From: Bacteroidales bacterium
GTDB taxonomy: Bacteria; Bacteroidota; Bacteroidia; Bacteroidales; UBA932
DNA: 64,000 nucleotides
Assembly (NCBI GenBank): GCA_022647615.1
Contig: JALCKZ010000001.1
Coordinates: forward strand, 110,178-174,177
Direction of reading: 5' to 3'
This document shows positions 44,382 through 55,152 of the stretch, piece after piece (positions within the stretch are counted from its first letter, which is position 1; each line of letters opens with the position of its first letter). The notes below the pieces were generated by a model that saw nothing but the letters and a program-made list of their open reading frames with translations, had not been told where the DNA came from and did not search any database. A program made the position numbers and the translations under genes.

Positions 44382-46259
44382 ATGTTAGAGAAGATTAATT
44401 CACCAAAAGATATAAAAGGTTTAAGTACTGGACAACTTATCAGATTATGTAAAGAACTGAGAGAGTATATTACAGAGTGTTGTGCGAAAAATCCGGGACA
44501 TCTTGGCGCTTCTTTAGGAGCAGTTGAACTTGCCGTAGCTCTTCATTATGTGTTTGATACGCCAAATGATAAAATTGTTTGGGACGTTGGCCATCAGGCT
44601 TACGCACACAAAATCCTTACAGGCAGAAGAGAAGAGTTCAAAAACAACAGAACAAAGGATGGTCCGAGCGGTTTCCCAAAAATGAGCGAAAGTCCTTATG
44701 ACGCCTTTGGAGTTGGTCATGCATCTACCTCTGTATCAGCAGCTCTAGGACTTGCAACAGCAGCAAGGCTTAAAGGGGAAAATATTAAAGTCATAGCTGT
44801 ACTCGGCGACGGTGCCGCAACAGGCGGGCTCTCTTTTGAGGGTTTAAACAATGCCGGAGTTTCCAAAACGGATATCCTTGTTATTCTAAATGATAATCAA
44901 ATTGCCATAGACAAGAACGTTGGCGCCATGCACAACTATCTTGTGAAAATCACCACATCACCTACTTATAACAGAATCAAAAATAAGATTTGGAACAAAG
45001 TGGGCAACGGCAAACTTAGGGGCATACTGCAAAAATTTGCAATGACCACAAAGATTGCGCTGGTTAAGCACGGCTCTGTGTTTGAAGGACTTGGGTTCAG
45101 ATATTTTGGTACAATCGATGGCAATGACATTGGTGAGCTTGTCACAACCCTTACCAATCTGAAAAATCTAAAAGGCCCTAAACTTCTGCATATTAGAACG
45201 TTAAAGGGCAAAGGATATGAGCCTGCGGAGAAAGCGCAGAGCATCTGGCATGCGCCGGGGAAATTTGACGTGGAGACCGGGGAGAGAATTTCCAAAAAGG
45301 GTCAACCTCTTAAATATCAGAACATTTTCGGGCAGACAATAGTAGAACTTGCAAAACACAATAAGAATATAGTAGGCATCACGCCGGCAATGCTCAGCGG
45401 AGGTCAGCTATGTGATATGATGAAGGTTTTTCCCGACAGGACATTTGATGTCGGAATTGCAGAGGAGCACGCTGTAACTTTTTCAGCAGGTCTTGCGGCC
45501 GGAGGCATGCTTCCTTTCTGCAACATATATTCATCATTCTTGCAACGTGCTTATGACCAGGTAATTCACGATGTAGCCCTGCAAAACTTGAAAGTTGTAT
45601 TTTGCATAGACAGAGGCGGACTTGTAGGAGAAGACGGCGCCACGCATCAAGGTGCGTTCGACCTTTCATACCTGCGCATAGTGCCGAATATCACGGAGAT
45701 GGCTCCGCTTAATGAAATTGAATTGCAAGATATGCTTTACTCCGCAACACTGCCTGAATACGGCGGCCCTATCTCAATACGCTATCCAAGAGGATGTTGC
45801 CAAGGTCTGGAACTTCCAAAAGAATTTAAAAAAATAGAAATTGGCAAAGCCGTAAAATTAAAAGAGGGGCATGATGTTGCGGTTTTATCCATCGGAACTA
45901 TTGGGAACAATACGGCAGAGGCCGTTGGACTAGCTGAAAAAGAAGGCATTAGCGTTATGCACTATAACATGAGATTTCTTAAACCTTTGGATGTTGCCGC
46001 CGTTGATGACGCCGTAAAGAACTGCAAAAAAATTATTACGGTTGAGGACGGAACTATTATAGGAGGACTGTATAGCGCTGTGTGTGAATATATTGCAAAA
46101 ACTTATGGTAGTAGCGTAAAAGTATTTTGCATGGGAATCCCGGATAAATTTATTGAGCATGCAACTGTAAATGAGCAGCTTGCCGAATGCCATCTGGATG
46201 CCTCCTCTATTTTTGAGAGGATAAAAGAGTGCGCCGGACCTTGCAAAGAGGAGCAATAA
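44382..46259 (+). CDS. dxs: 1-deoxy-D-xylulose-5-phosphate synthase
   Basis: 625 aa with GHLGASLG, DVGHQAY.HK, the TPP motif GDGA...G...E..N and a transketolase-like C-terminus. Confidence 0.95.
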   Translation: MLEKINSPKDIKGLSTGQLIRLCKELREYITECCAKNPGHLGASLGAVELAVALHYVFDTPNDKIVWDVGHQAYAHKILTGRREEFKNNRTKDGPSGFPKMSESPYDAFGVGHASTSVSAALGLATAARLKGENIKVIAVLGDGAATGGLSFEGLNNAGVSKTDILVILNDNQIAIDKNVGAMHNYLVKITTSPTYNRIKNKIWNKVGNGKLRGILQKFAMTTKIALVKHGSVFEGLGFRYFGTIDGNDIGELVTTLTNLKNLKGPKLLHIRTLKGKGYEPAEKAQSIWHAPGKFDVETGERISKKGQPLKYQNIFGQTIVELAKHNKNIVGITPAMLSGGQLCDMMKVFPDRTFDVGIAEEHAVTFSAGLAAGGMLPFCNIYSSFLQRAYDQVIHDVALQNLKVVFCIDRGGLVGEDGATHQGAFDLSYLRIVPNITEMAPLNEIELQDMLYSATLPEYGGPISIRYPRGCCQGLELPKEFKKIEIGKAVKLKEGHDVAVLSIGTIGNNTAEAVGLAEKEGISVMHYNMRFLKPLDVAAVDDAVKNCKKIITVEDGTIIGGLYSAVCEYIAKTYGSSVKVFCMGIPDKFIEHATVNEQLAECHLDASSIFERIKECAGPCKEEQ

Positions 46260-46302
46260 TCTGTCGCGAAAAGAAAATTTTATTAATTTTTTTTACAAAA
46301 GT

Positions 46303-46333
46303 TTTGCTAATTAATTCAAAAATTCTACCTTTG
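46303..46333 (+). promoter_or_regulatory. Candidate Bacteroidota promoter (-33 TTTG, -7 TAccTTTG) for the tRNA-tuf operon
   Basis: TTTG at 46303-46306 and exact TAnnTTTG at 46326-46333 (19-nt spacer), 30 nt upstream of the first tRNA. Confidence 0.55.
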
Positions 46334-46362
46334 CAGTCCCTTAAAAAAGGGGCAATTTTATT

Positions 46363-46436
46363 GCCGATGTAGCTCAGTTGGCCAGAGCAGCTGATTTGTA
46401 ATCAGCTGGTCGGGGGTTCGAATCCCTCCATCGGCT
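46363..46436 (+). tRNA. tRNA-Thr (anticodon TGT)
   Basis: Cloverleaf folded by hand. Acceptor GCCGATG/CATCGGC, anticodon stem GCTGA/TCAGC with loop TTTGTAA, T-loop TTCGAAT. No encoded CCA. Confidence 0.9.
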
Positions 46437-46454
46437 CTAATTTTTTGTGTTAAC

Positions 46455-46537
46455 GGAGAGGTACCAAAGTGGCCAACTGGGGCAGACTGTAAATCTGCTG
46501 GCTTATGCCTTCGGAGGTCCGAATCCTTCCCTCTCCA
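46455..46537 (+). tRNA. tRNA-Tyr (anticodon GTA), long variable arm
   Basis: Acceptor GGAGAGG/CCTCTCC, anticodon loop CTGTAAA, long variable arm, T-loop TCCGAAT region. Confidence 0.9.
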
Positions 46538-46547
46538 CTTTTTTACC

Positions 46548-46620
46548 GCGGAAGTAGCTCAGTTGGTAGAGCATCAGCCTTCCAAGCTGAGGGTCGCGAG
46601 TTCGAACCCCGTCTTCCGCT
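46548..46620 (+). tRNA. tRNA-Gly (anticodon TCC)
   Basis: Acceptor GCGGAAG/CTTCCGC, anticodon loop CTTCCAA, T-loop TTCGAAC. Confidence 0.9.
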
Positions 46621-46628
46621 CTAAGAAG

Positions 46629-46700
<72 letters not shown>

Positions 46701-46781
46701 CTACTTTAGGTGGTTGAGAATGAGGATGTTGGAGTTGCTTCAAGTTCGGAATCAATATTAATTAATTAATAATATATTATT

Positions 46782-47978
46782 ATGGCAAAAGAAGTATTTA
46801 AGAGGGATAAACCTCATGTTAACATTGGTACAATTGGCCATGTTGACCACGGCAAAACCACTTTAACTGCAGCTATCACCAAGGTACTTGCAGAAAGAGG
46901 TTTCTCCAGAGATGATGAGATCAAGACTTTTGATCAGATTGATAACGCACCTGAGGAGAAGGAGCGCGGTATTACAATTAACACCGCACACGTTGAGTAT
47001 CAGACAGCTAATCGTCACTACGCTCACGTTGACTGCCCGGGGCATGCTGATTATGTAAAGAACATGGTAACTGGTGCTGCACAGATGGATGGCGCAATCC
47101 TTGTTGTTGCTGCAACAGATGGTCCTATGCCTCAAACAAGAGAGCACATTCTATTGGCTCGTCAGGTAAACGTTCCAAAGATTGTTGTATTCCTTAACAA
47201 AGTTGACTTGGTTGATGACCCTGAAATGCTAGATCTAGTAGAGATGGAAGTTAGAGAGCTTCTTTCTTTCTATCAGTATGATGGAGACAACGCTCCTGTT
47301 ATCAGAGGTTCCGCTCTAGGAGCTCTTAACGGAGACAAGAAATGGGAAGAGAAAGTTATGGAGCTTATGGCTGCCGTAGACGAGTACATTCCGCTTCCAG
47401 TACGTGATAACCAGAAACCTTTCTTGATGCCAATTGAGGATATCTTCTCAATCACAGGCCGTGGCACAGTTGCTACAGGTAGAATTGAGACCGGTATTGT
47501 TAAGGTTGGTGATGAGGTTGAACTTATCGGACTTGGCGACGAGCCTAAGAAGACTGTCGTTACAGGTGTTGAGATGTTCCGCAAGATTCTTGATGAAGGT
47601 GAAGCTGGCGATAACGTTGGTTTGCTTCTAAGAGGTATTGATAAGAAAGACCTTAAGAGAGGAATGGTTGTTGCAAAACCTGGTTCCGTAACTCCTCATA
47701 AGAAGTTCGAGGCTCAGATTTACGTCCTTAAGAAAGAAGAGGGCGGCCGTCACACTCCATTTAAGAATAAGTATCGTCCTCAGTTCTTCATCCGTACAAT
47801 GGATGTAACAGGAGAGATTGATCTTCCTCAGGGAGTTGAGATGGTAATGCCTGGTGATAACGTAACAATCCAAGTAGAGTTAATCTACCCAGTTGCATTG
47901 TCAGAAGGACTTAAGTTCGCTATCCGTGAGGGCGGCAGAACTGTAGGTGCAGGACAGGTAACCAAAATTCTAGAATAA
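46782..47978 (+). CDS. tuf: Elongation factor Tu
   Basis: [14 protein letters not shown] and NKVD motifs, 398 aa. It follows the Thr-Tyr-Gly-Thr tRNA cluster, as in the E. coli thrU-tyrU-glyT-thrT-tufB operon. Confidence 0.98.
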   Translation: MAKEVFKRDKPHVNIGTIGHVDHGKTTLTAAITKVLAERGFSRDDEIKTFDQIDNAPEEKERGITINTAHVEYQTANRHYAHVDCPGHADYVKNMVTGAAQMDGAILVVAATDGPMPQTREHILLARQVNVPKIVVFLNKVDLVDDPEMLDLVEMEVRELLSFYQYDGDNAPVIRGSALGALNGDKKWEEKVMELMAAVDEYIPLPVRDNQKPFLMPIEDIFSITGRGTVATGRIETGIVKVGDEVELIGLGDEPKKTVVTGVEMFRKILDEGEAGDNVGLLLRGIDKKDLKRGMVVAKPGSVTPHKKFEAQIYVLKKEEGGRHTPFKNKYRPQFFIRTMDVTGEIDLPQGVEMVMPGDNVTIQVELIYPVALSEGLKFAIREGGRTVGAGQVTKILE

Positions 47979-47982
47979 AGTT

Positions 47983-48012
47983 CTATCGGGAGCTATATTA
48001 AGTTCCCGATAG
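47983..48012 (+). terminator. Hairpin downstream of tuf (possible attenuator or processing site)
   Basis: 9-bp arms ctatcggga/tcccgatag with a 12-nt loop. There is no strong T-run, so termination efficiency is uncertain. Confidence 0.35.
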
Positions 48013-48082
48013 TTAATTCTAATAAATCCCTGAGTCTTAGGCTTTTGCATAGTACAAAAGAGTGAGGCGCAGGGGTTCATTT

Positions 48083-48153
48083 AGGGACATAGTTCAAGGG
48101 TAGAATCGCGGTCTCCAAAACCGCTGATGGGCGTTCGAATCGCTCTGTCCCTG
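48083..48153 (+). tRNA. tRNA-Trp (anticodon CCA)
   Basis: Acceptor AGGGACA/TGTCCCT, anticodon stem GCGGT/ACCGC with loop CTCCAAA, T-loop TTCGAAT. In the typical position before secE. Confidence 0.9.
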
Positions 48154-48238
48154 CACTGAACCGGATGTTACGATCTGATTCATTTTTAATAAGGCAAAGC
48201 AAAGCTTCCAATTGCGGAGTCTATAATTAAAAATTTAA

Positions 48239-48433
48239 ATGAGCAAAGTAAGTTTATATCTAAAAGAGGCTTATACAGAATTGACCAAAAAGGTCAGCTG
48301 GCCTACCTGGGCGCAGTTACAGAATTCAGCCATTGTTGTAATGATTACAACGTTAATTTTTGCAGTGCTGATATTCTTAATGGACTTAGCGTTCAAGAAC
48401 ATAATGACAGCCATTTATAATATGCTTTACTAA
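48239..48433 (+). CDS. secE: Preprotein translocase subunit SecE
   Basis: 64 aa with a single C-terminal TM, motif KVSWPTW, located between tRNA-Trp and nusG. Confidence 0.85.
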   Translation: MSKVSLYLKEAYTELTKKVSWPTWAQLQNSAIVVMITTLIFAVLIFLMDLAFKNIMTAIYNMLY

Positions 48434-48463
48434 TTTGTTTAACAGATTAATAGAAATTGCATA

Positions 48464-49027
48464 ATGAGTGAGCTGGCAAAAAAATGGTACGTTGTAAGAG
48501 CGCAGGGCGGAAAAGAGAAGAAAGCGCAAGAGTACATAATCAATGAGATTAAAAGACTCAACAAAGAGGATTATGTTACTCAAGTTCTAGTTCCAACTGA
48601 GAAGGTTTACCAAGTTAGGAACGAGAAAAAAGTTAGCACGGATAAGATTTGTTTTCCGGGCTATATCTTCATTGAGTCTTGCCTTACAGGTGAAATTCAA
48701 CACATTATCCGTGATATTCCTTTTGTATCTGGTTTCCTTACGGAAATCATTAAAAAGGGCGGTAAGGAGAAGGAACCTGTTCCTTTGCGTGAATCTGAAG
48801 TCAATCAGCTTTTAGGGAAGGTTGACGAGATGATGGACAAGGAGGAAGAGAATGCGGCACCATTTGTTAAAGGCGAGCCTGTAAAAGTCATTGATGGTCC
48901 TTTCAACGGTTTTGACGGAACTGTAGACGATATCTTGGAAGACAAGAAGAAGCTAAAAGTTATGGTTAAAATCTTTGGAAGAAAGACGATTTTGGAACTT
49001 AGTTTTGTTCAAGTAGTTAAAGAATAA
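48464..49027 (+). CDS. nusG: Transcription termination/antitermination factor NusG
   Basis: [17 protein letters not shown] domain and a C-terminal KOW ([18 protein letters not shown]). Confidence 0.95.
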   Translation: MSELAKKWYVVRAQGGKEKKAQEYIINEIKRLNKEDYVTQVLVPTEKVYQVRNEKKVSTDKICFPGYIFIESCLTGEIQHIIRDIPFVSGFLTEIIKKGGKEKEPVPLRESEVNQLLGKVDEMMDKEEENAAPFVKGEPVKVIDGPFNGFDGTVDDILEDKKKLKVMVKIFGRKTILELSFVQVVKE

Positions 49028-49038
49028 ATAAATTTATT

Positions 49039-49485
49039 ATGGCTAAAGAAATTGCCGCATTAATTAAATTACAAATTAAAGGCGGTGCAGCAAATCCCTC
49101 ACCTCCAGTAGGACCGGCATTAGGTTCTAAGGGAGTGAATATTATGGATTTCTGCAAACAATTTAACGCGCTTACCCAAAAGAAGGCCGGCAAGACGCTT
49201 CCCGTAATTATTACTGTCTTCACGGATAAGTCCTTTACCTTTGTTGTAAAGGAACCTCCTGTTGCTGTTATGATTAAGGAAGTTGCAAAGATTCAGTCGG
49301 GTTCTGCCGAACCTAACAGAAAGAAAGTTGCAAAGCTGACTTGGGAGCAGGTAAAGAAGATTGCAGAAGATAAAATGCCTGACCTTAATTGCTTTACCCT
49401 TAAATCAGCTATGAAGATGGTTGCGGGAACAGCAAGAAGCATGGGTATTACTGTAGAGGGAACATTCCCTGCCGATGTTAAATAA
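49039..49485 (+). CDS. rplK: 50S ribosomal protein L11
   Basis: [21 protein letters not shown] signature. Confidence 0.97.
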   Translation: MAKEIAALIKLQIKGGAANPSPPVGPALGSKGVNIMDFCKQFNALTQKKAGKTLPVIITVFTDKSFTFVVKEPPVAVMIKEVAKIQSGSAEPNRKKVAKLTWEQVKKIAEDKMPDLNCFTLKSAMKMVAGTARSMGITVEGTFPADVK

Positions 49486-49496
49486 AATCAAACGCA

Positions 49497-50204
49497 ATGA
49501 GTAAGCTAACTAAAAATCAAAAAATATCCAGGGCTAAAGTTGAGCCGGGAAAACAGTACAAGTTGGCTGAGGCTTGCAGTTTAGTAAAGGAAACAACCTC
49601 TACTAAATTTGATGCTTCGGTAGATGTTGCTGTGCGTCTGGGAGTTGATCCGCGCAAGGCCAATCAAATGGTCAGAGGCGTAGTTACACTTCCTAACGGA
49701 ACAGGCAAGACGGTAAGAGTACTTGTATTGTGCACGCCGGACAAAGAGGCAGAGGCTAAAGAGGCCGGTGCCGATTATGTAGGCTTGGACGATTATGTAG
49801 AAAAAATAAAGGGAGGCTGGACAGACGTTGACGTTATTGTCTGCACCCCTACTGTTATGGCTAAAGTTGGTGCCCTTGGAAGAGTCCTAGGACCAAGAGG
49901 TTTGATGCCTAACCCTAAGACCGGTACTGTAACCATGGATTTGAAGGCTGCAGTTAAGGAAATTAAGGCAGGTAAGATAGACTTCAAGGTTGACAAACAG
50001 GGTATTATCAGCACAAGCATTGGTAAAGTATCATTCACTGCAGAGCAGTTGACTCAGAATGCCGGTGAGTTTTTGAACACAGTTGTTAAATTGAAACCTC
50101 AGTCTCTTAAGGGAAGTTACATTAAGAGCATTTTCATTTCATCAACTATGGGTCCCGGAATTGCTATTGATGCCAAGGCGTTTGGCTCAGTTGATACTGA
50201 ATAA
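49497..50204 (+). CDS. rplA: 50S ribosomal protein L1
   Basis: [24 protein letters not shown] signature, 235 aa. Confidence 0.97.
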   Translation: MSKLTKNQKISRAKVEPGKQYKLAEACSLVKETTSTKFDASVDVAVRLGVDPRKANQMVRGVVTLPNGTGKTVRVLVLCTPDKEAEAKEAGADYVGLDDYVEKIKGGWTDVDVIVCTPTVMAKVGALGRVLGPRGLMPNPKTGTVTMDLKAAVKEIKAGKIDFKVDKQGIISTSIGKVSFTAEQLTQNAGEFLNTVVKLKPQSLKGSYIKSIFISSTMGPGIAIDAKAFGSVDTE

Positions 50205-50220
50205 TTTGGAGGAGAAAATC

Positions 50221-50751
50221 ATGAAGAAAGAGAAAAAATCACAGATTATTGAGGATTTAACAGCTCGCCTTAAAGAGAACCCCAATTTCTATATTACAGA
50301 CATTGAGGGACTTAACGCTGTTCAGACATCAAAATTGAGACGCGCATGCTTTAAGCAGCAAATAAAATTGCTTGTTGTCAAAAATACTTTATTCTCTAAA
50401 GCTTTGGAAAAGAGCGGAATAGAGGATGCAAAGCAATTTGAGCCAATTATGACCGGTTCATCAGCGGTAATGTTCACGACAGTTCCAAATGCTCCTGCAA
50501 AAGTCATCAAGACTTTCAGCGCTGCAGACGGAAAAGGCAAACCTGCCCTTAAAGGTGCGTTTGTTCAGGATTGTCCTTACATCGGCGCAGAGAATCTGGA
50601 TGTACTTTATAACATTAAGTCCAAGAACGAACTTATTGGAGATATCATTACGTTGTTGCAGTCTCCTGCTAAGAATGTCATTTCTGCCCTTCAATCACAG
50701 GGCGGCGGCAAGATTGCAGGCATTGTAAAGACGCTAGAGGAAAAGAAATAA
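50221..50751 (+). CDS. rplJ: 50S ribosomal protein L10
   Basis: Start chosen at MKKEKKSQIIEDL (50221). The ORF-track start at 50161 overlaps rplA and is rejected. Confidence 0.9.
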   Translation: MKKEKKSQIIEDLTARLKENPNFYITDIEGLNAVQTSKLRRACFKQQIKLLVVKNTLFSKALEKSGIEDAKQFEPIMTGSSAVMFTTVPNAPAKVIKTFSAADGKGKPALKGAFVQDCPYIGAENLDVLYNIKSKNELIGDIITLLQSPAKNVISALQSQGGGKIAGIVKTLEEKK

Positions 50752-50778
50752 TTATTAACACATAAAAAATTATAAATC

Positions 50779-51153
50779 ATGGCAGATATTAAAAAATTTG
50801 CAGAAGACTTAGTTAATCTTTCAGTAAAAGATGTACAAGAGTTAGCTAAAGTTCTTAAAGAGGAGTATGGCATTGAGCCTGCTGCCGCTGCTGTTGCTGT
50901 TGCCGGTCCTGCTGCTGCAGGAGCGCCTGCTGCTGCAGAAAAGACTGAATTCGACGTTATCCTTAAGTCAGCCGGACAAGCTAAATTACAGGTTGTTAAG
51001 GCCGTTAAGGAGCTTTCAGGTCTTGGACTAAAAGAAGCTAAGGATCTAGTTGATGCTGCCCCTAAGGCTGTTAAGGAGAAAATCTCCAAGGCAGACGCTG
51101 AGGCGCTAAAGGCAAAACTGGAAGAGGCTGGTGCAGAGGTTGAGATTAAATAA
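50779..51153 (+). CDS. rplL: 50S ribosomal protein L7/L12
   Basis: 124 aa with an Ala-rich hinge and a C-terminal [12 protein letters not shown]... Confidence 0.97.
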   Translation: MADIKKFAEDLVNLSVKDVQELAKVLKEEYGIEPAAAAVAVAGPAAAGAPAAAEKTEFDVILKSAGQAKLQVVKAVKELSGLGLKEAKDLVDAAPKAVKEKISKADAEALKAKLEEAGAEVEIK

Positions 51154-51215
51154 CTTGGAGAGATAATTTGAACAAGTTAATTATTTCATACCTCCCTGCC
51201 TAACAGGACGTAGTC

Positions 51216-51256
51216 AGGTTTAGGGCTTTTTGCCCTAAACCTTTTTGTCGTTTTTT
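51216..51256 (+). terminator. rplL-rpoB intergenic attenuator/terminator hairpin
   Basis: 11-bp stem aggtttagggc/gccctaaacct with loop ttttt, followed by TTTTgtcgTTTTTT. Confidence 0.7.
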
Positions 51257-51284
51257 AAGTTTATTATCAACTAACCTTAACACA

Positions 51285-54200
51285 ATGTTGCAAAACACTA
51301 ATAATAAGCGAATTTCATTCGCAACCTCTAAAACCCTTCTTGACTACCCGGACTTTCTTGAGGTTCAGTTAAAATCTTTCAAGGATTTCTTCCAGCTGGA
51401 TACAACAGCTGAGAACAGAAAGAACGAGGGCTTGTATAAGGTTTTTCAGGAGGTTTTCTCACAAAATTCAGATCCTAAAGGAATTAGAGATACGCGCAAT
51501 AACTTTGTACTGGAGTTCATTGATTATTTCATTGACCCTCCGCGCTACTCCATGGATGAGTGTCTGGACAGAGGACTTACTTACAGCGTTCCGCTGAACG
51601 CTAAGTTGAAGCTGTCATGCACGGACCCGGAACATGAAGATTTTGAGCAGGTTATACAAGACGTCTATCTGGGAAACATTCCTTACATGACCCCGCAGGG
51701 CACATTTATTATCAACGGATCAGAGAGAATTGTAGTTTCTCAGCTGCATCGTTCTCCGGGAGTATTCTTCGGGCAGAGCATGCACACAAACGGAACTAAA
51801 CTTTACTCAGCAAGAATTATCCCGTTCAAGGGTTCTTGGATTGAGTTCACGACAGACATTAACAATGTCATGTACGCATACATTGACCGCAAGAAAAAAT
51901 TGCCGGTCACTACGCTTCTTAGAGCAATTGGCTTTGAGAGCGATAAAGACATATTAAACATTTTCGGACTTGCACAGGAAGTTAAGGCCACTAAGCCCGA
52001 ACTGGAAAAATGCATTGGTAAAACCCTTGCAGCCAGAGTTTTAAAGACTTGGAACGAGGACTTCGCAGATGAGGATACCGGCGAGGTCATGTACATAGAG
52101 AGGACAGAGATTGTTGTTGAGAGAGAGACCGTTCTAACAGAGGATTTAATTGATAAAATTATAGATTCCGGTGTTTCTTACATCCTGATTCACAATGAGG
52201 ATGCGAGCGCTGCGGAATATGCAATAATTTATAACACTTTGCAGAAAGATGTCTGCAACACTCAGAAAGACGCTATCTTCTATACTTACAGACAGTTGCG
52301 CAATTCTGAACCGCCAGATGAGGCTACGGCAAAGGATGTTATTGAGAAGCTTTTCTTCTCCGACAAGAGATATGATTTGGGAACTGTCGGGAGATACAGA
52401 CTTAACAAGAAGTTGAATTTGACAACATCCCCGGATGTGAGGGTGCTGACAAAACAAGATATTATTGAAATCATCCGCTATTTGATTCAGCTGATTAATT
52501 CAAAGGCGACGGTAGATGATATTGACCACTTGAGCAACAGAAGAATACGTACTGTTGGAGAGCAGCTTGCAAACCAGTTTAGCGTTGGTCTGGCACGAAT
52601 GGCAAGAACAATTAGGGAGAGAATGAATGTGAGAGATAATGAGGTGTTTAAGCCTGTTGACCTAATCAACTCTAAAACTCTTTCTTCTGTAATTAACTCA
52701 TTCTTTGGCACTAGCCAGCTGTCCCAGTTTATGGACCAGACAAACCCTATCGCTGAGATGACTCACAAGAGAAGGTTGTCAGCATTAGGTCCCGGCGGAC
52801 TTAGCAGAGATAGAGCAGGATTTGAAGTACGAGACGTTCACTACACTCACTACGGAAGACTTTGCCCTATTGAGACACCAGAAGGTCCTAACATTGGATT
52901 GATTTCTTCTCTATGCGTTTACGCAAGAATTAATGACCTTGGCTTTATTGAGACTCCATATAGAAAAGTTGATAACGGAGTTGTTGACCTGGCCCAGAAG
53001 GGAGTTGTTTATCTGAGTGCGGAAGAGGAAGAGAATCAGATGGTTGCACAGGCAAATGTTAACCTTGACGATGACGGAAAGATTTTGGATGATAGAATCA
53101 AATGCAGATGGCAGGCTGACTATCCTGTTGTCGGAAAGCAGGATGTCCACTTGATTGACGTTGCGCCAAACCAGATTGCATCTCTTGCAGCATCAATTAT
53201 TCCTTTCTTGGAACATGATGATGCAAACCGTGCGTTGATGGGTTCTAACATGATGCGCCAGGCAGTTCCTATTATTTGCCCGGAGGCTCCTATTGTTGGA
53301 ACAGGTTTGGAGGAACCAATTATCAGAGATTCCAGAACTCAGATTGCAGCAGAAGGAAAAGGAGAGGTTGTTTTTGTTGATGCAAATGAGATTCATGTGA
53401 AATACGACAGAACTGAGGATGAGAAGTTTGTAAGCTTCACTTCCGACGTTACAGTATACAAGCTTCCAATGTACAGGAAGACAAACCAAAGTACCTCTAT
53501 CCGTTTGAAACCTATCGTGATGAAAGGACAAAAGGTAGAGAAAGGCGAGATTATGACAGAGGGCTATGCTTCCCAAAACGGAGAGCTTGCTCTTGGAAGA
53601 AATCTTAAGGTTGCCTTCATGCCTTGGAAGGGTTATAACTATGAGGATGCCGTTGTACTAAGCGAGAGGATGGTCCGCGAGGATATCTTCACTTCTGTGC
53701 ATGTAGATGAATACATCATGGAAGTGCGTGATACTAAGCGTGGTCCGGAGGAGCTTACAAGAGATATTCCTAACGTAAGCGAGGATGCTACAAAGAACCT
53801 TGACGAGAACGGAATTATCAGAGTTGGAGCTTCTGTTGAACCTGGAGATATTCTAATTGGAAAAATCACTCCTAAGGGAGAGACGGATCCTTCTCCGGAG
53901 GAGAAACTTTTGAGAGCTATCTTTGGTGATAAGGCGGGTGATGTTAAGGATGCTTCACTTAAGGCATCTGCTTCACTTACAGGTACTGTCATCGGAAAGA
54001 GATTGTTCAGGAGAGTTGGTTCCGGAAAGAATTCAGAGGGAGAGAAGAAGAAGCTTAAGGCTTCTATCAAGAGCAATGTTGCAAAGGCCGAGGAGGAATT
54101 CCAGAAGAAATCAGAGGAGCTTAAGGCTATCTTTATGGATAAGCTCATGACTCTTACTGCAAAGAAGACTTCATTAGGTGTCAGCGACATGTACGGAACT

Positions 54201-55139
54201 CTTCTTATCCCTAAGGGTGAGATGTTTAAGAAGGAAGACCTTAACAATATAGATTATAAGAATATTAATCCTACAAAATGGACTTCCGATAAACACACTA
54301 ACACGCTAATTAAGGCGTTGATTAGCAATTATCTTATCCAGTTTAATGAGCTTAAGTCTCAGAATAACAGGAGAAACTACGATATCACTATCGGCGACGA
54401 CCTTCCAAACGGAATTACTCAGCTTGCCAAAGTTTATCTGGCCAAGAAGAGAAAGATTAGAGTTGGTGATAAGGTTGCGGGACGCCACGGCAACAAGGGT
54501 ATTGTAGCCAAGATTGTAAGCGACGAGGATATGCCTTTCATGGAGGACGGAACTATTATGGATATTGTTCTTAACCCTCTAGGTGTGCCTTCCCGTATGA
54601 ACCTTGGACAGATTTATGAGACCGTTCTTGGATGGGCAGGACGCCAGCTTGGACTTAAGTTTGCCACCCCTATCTTTGATGGAGCTTCTCTGGAAAATAT
54701 TTGCAAATACACAGATAAGGCGGGACTTCCTAGATATGGAACTACCTGGCTAAGAGACGGAGGCACGGGCGAGATGTTTGACCAGCCTGCCACGGTCGGA
54801 GTTATCTACATGATAAAGCTAGACCACATGGTAGATGATAAGATGCACGCACGTTCAACCGGTCCTTATTCTCTTATTACTCAGCAGCCTCTTGGCGGAA
54901 AAGCTCAGCTGGGAGGCCAGAGATTTGGAGAGATGGAGGTTTGGGCTCTAGAAGCATTTGGAGCTGCAAACGTTCTGCAGGAGATTCTAACTATCAAGTC
55001 AGATGATATCACAGGCAGAAGCCGTGCTTATGAGGCAATTGTAAAGGGTGAGCCGATGCCGCAACCAGGTATTCCTGAGTCACTTAACGTATTGCTTCAT
55101 GAACTTAGAGGCTTGGGGCTAAGCATTCATTTGGATTAA
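51285..55139 (+). CDS. rpoB: DNA-directed RNA polymerase subunit beta
   Basis: 1284 aa with conserved blocks ([52 protein letters not shown]). Confidence 0.98.
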   Translation: MLQNTNNKRISFATSKTLLDYPDFLEVQLKSFKDFFQLDTTAENRKNEGLYKVFQEVFSQNSDPKGIRDTRNNFVLEFIDYFIDPPRYSMDECLDRGLTYSVPLNAKLKLSCTDPEHEDFEQVIQDVYLGNIPYMTPQGTFIINGSERIVVSQLHRSPGVFFGQSMHTNGTKLYSARIIPFKGSWIEFTTDINNVMYAYIDRKKKLPVTTLLRAIGFESDKDILNIFGLAQEVKATKPELEKCIGKTLAARVLKTWNEDFADEDTGEVMYIERTEIVVERETVLTEDLIDKIIDSGVSYILIHNEDASAAEYAIIYNTLQKDVCNTQKDAIFYTYRQLRNSEPPDEATAKDVIEKLFFSDKRYDLGTVGRYRLNKKLNLTTSPDVRVLTKQDIIEIIRYLIQLINSKATVDDIDHLSNRRIRTVGEQLANQFSVGLARMARTIRERMNVRDNEVFKPVDLINSKTLSSVINSFFGTSQLSQFMDQTNPIAEMTHKRRLSALGPGGLSRDRAGFEVRDVHYTHYGRLCPIETPEGPNIGLISSLCVYARINDLGFIETPYRKVDNGVVDLAQKGVVYLSAEEEENQMVAQANVNLDDDGKILDDRIKCRWQADYPVVGKQDVHLIDVAPNQIASLAASIIPFLEHDDANRALMGSNMMRQAVPIICPEAPIVGTGLEEPIIRDSRTQIAAEGKGEVVFVDANEIHVKYDRTEDEKFVSFTSDVTVYKLPMYRKTNQSTSIRLKPIVMKGQKVEKGEIMTEGYASQNGELALGRNLKVAFMPWKGYNYEDAVVLSERMVREDIFTSVHVDEYIMEVRDTKRGPEELTRDIPNVSEDATKNLDENGIIRVGASVEPGDILIGKITPKGETDPSPEEKLLRAIFGDKAGDVKDASLKASASLTGTVIGKRLFRRVGSGKNSEGEKKKLKASIKSNVAKAEEEFQKKSEELKAIFMDKLMTLTAKKTSLGVSDMYGTLLIPKGEMFKKEDLNNIDYKNINPTKWTSDKHTNTLIKALISNYLIQFNELKSQNNRRNYDITIGDDLPNGITQLAKVYLAKKRKIRVGDKVAGRHGNKGIVAKIVSDEDMPFMEDGTIMDIVLNPLGVPSRMNLGQIYETVLGWAGRQLGLKFATPIFDGASLENICKYTDKAGLPRYGTTWLRDGGTGEMFDQPATVGVIYMIKLDHMVDDKMHARSTGPYSLITQQPLGGKAQLGGQRFGEMEVWALEAFGAANVLQEILTIKSDDITGRSRAYEAIVKGEPMPQPGIPESLNVLLHELRGLGLSIHLD

Positions 55140-55152
55140 AAAATTAATAAAT

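Noticed and set aside
50161-50220. An upstream start for rplJ at 50161.
   Set aside because: The extension overlaps the end of rplA. L10 homology and the usual length begin at MKKEKKSQII (50221).
50691-51089. A 132-aa antisense ORF across rplL, and similar antisense ORFs inside rpoB, rpoC, tuf and the ABC permease (for example 53639..54247 and 21776..22246).
   Set aside because: They lie opposite highly conserved, confidently identified genes, and they are Ala/Ser/Leu-rich mirror-frame artefacts.
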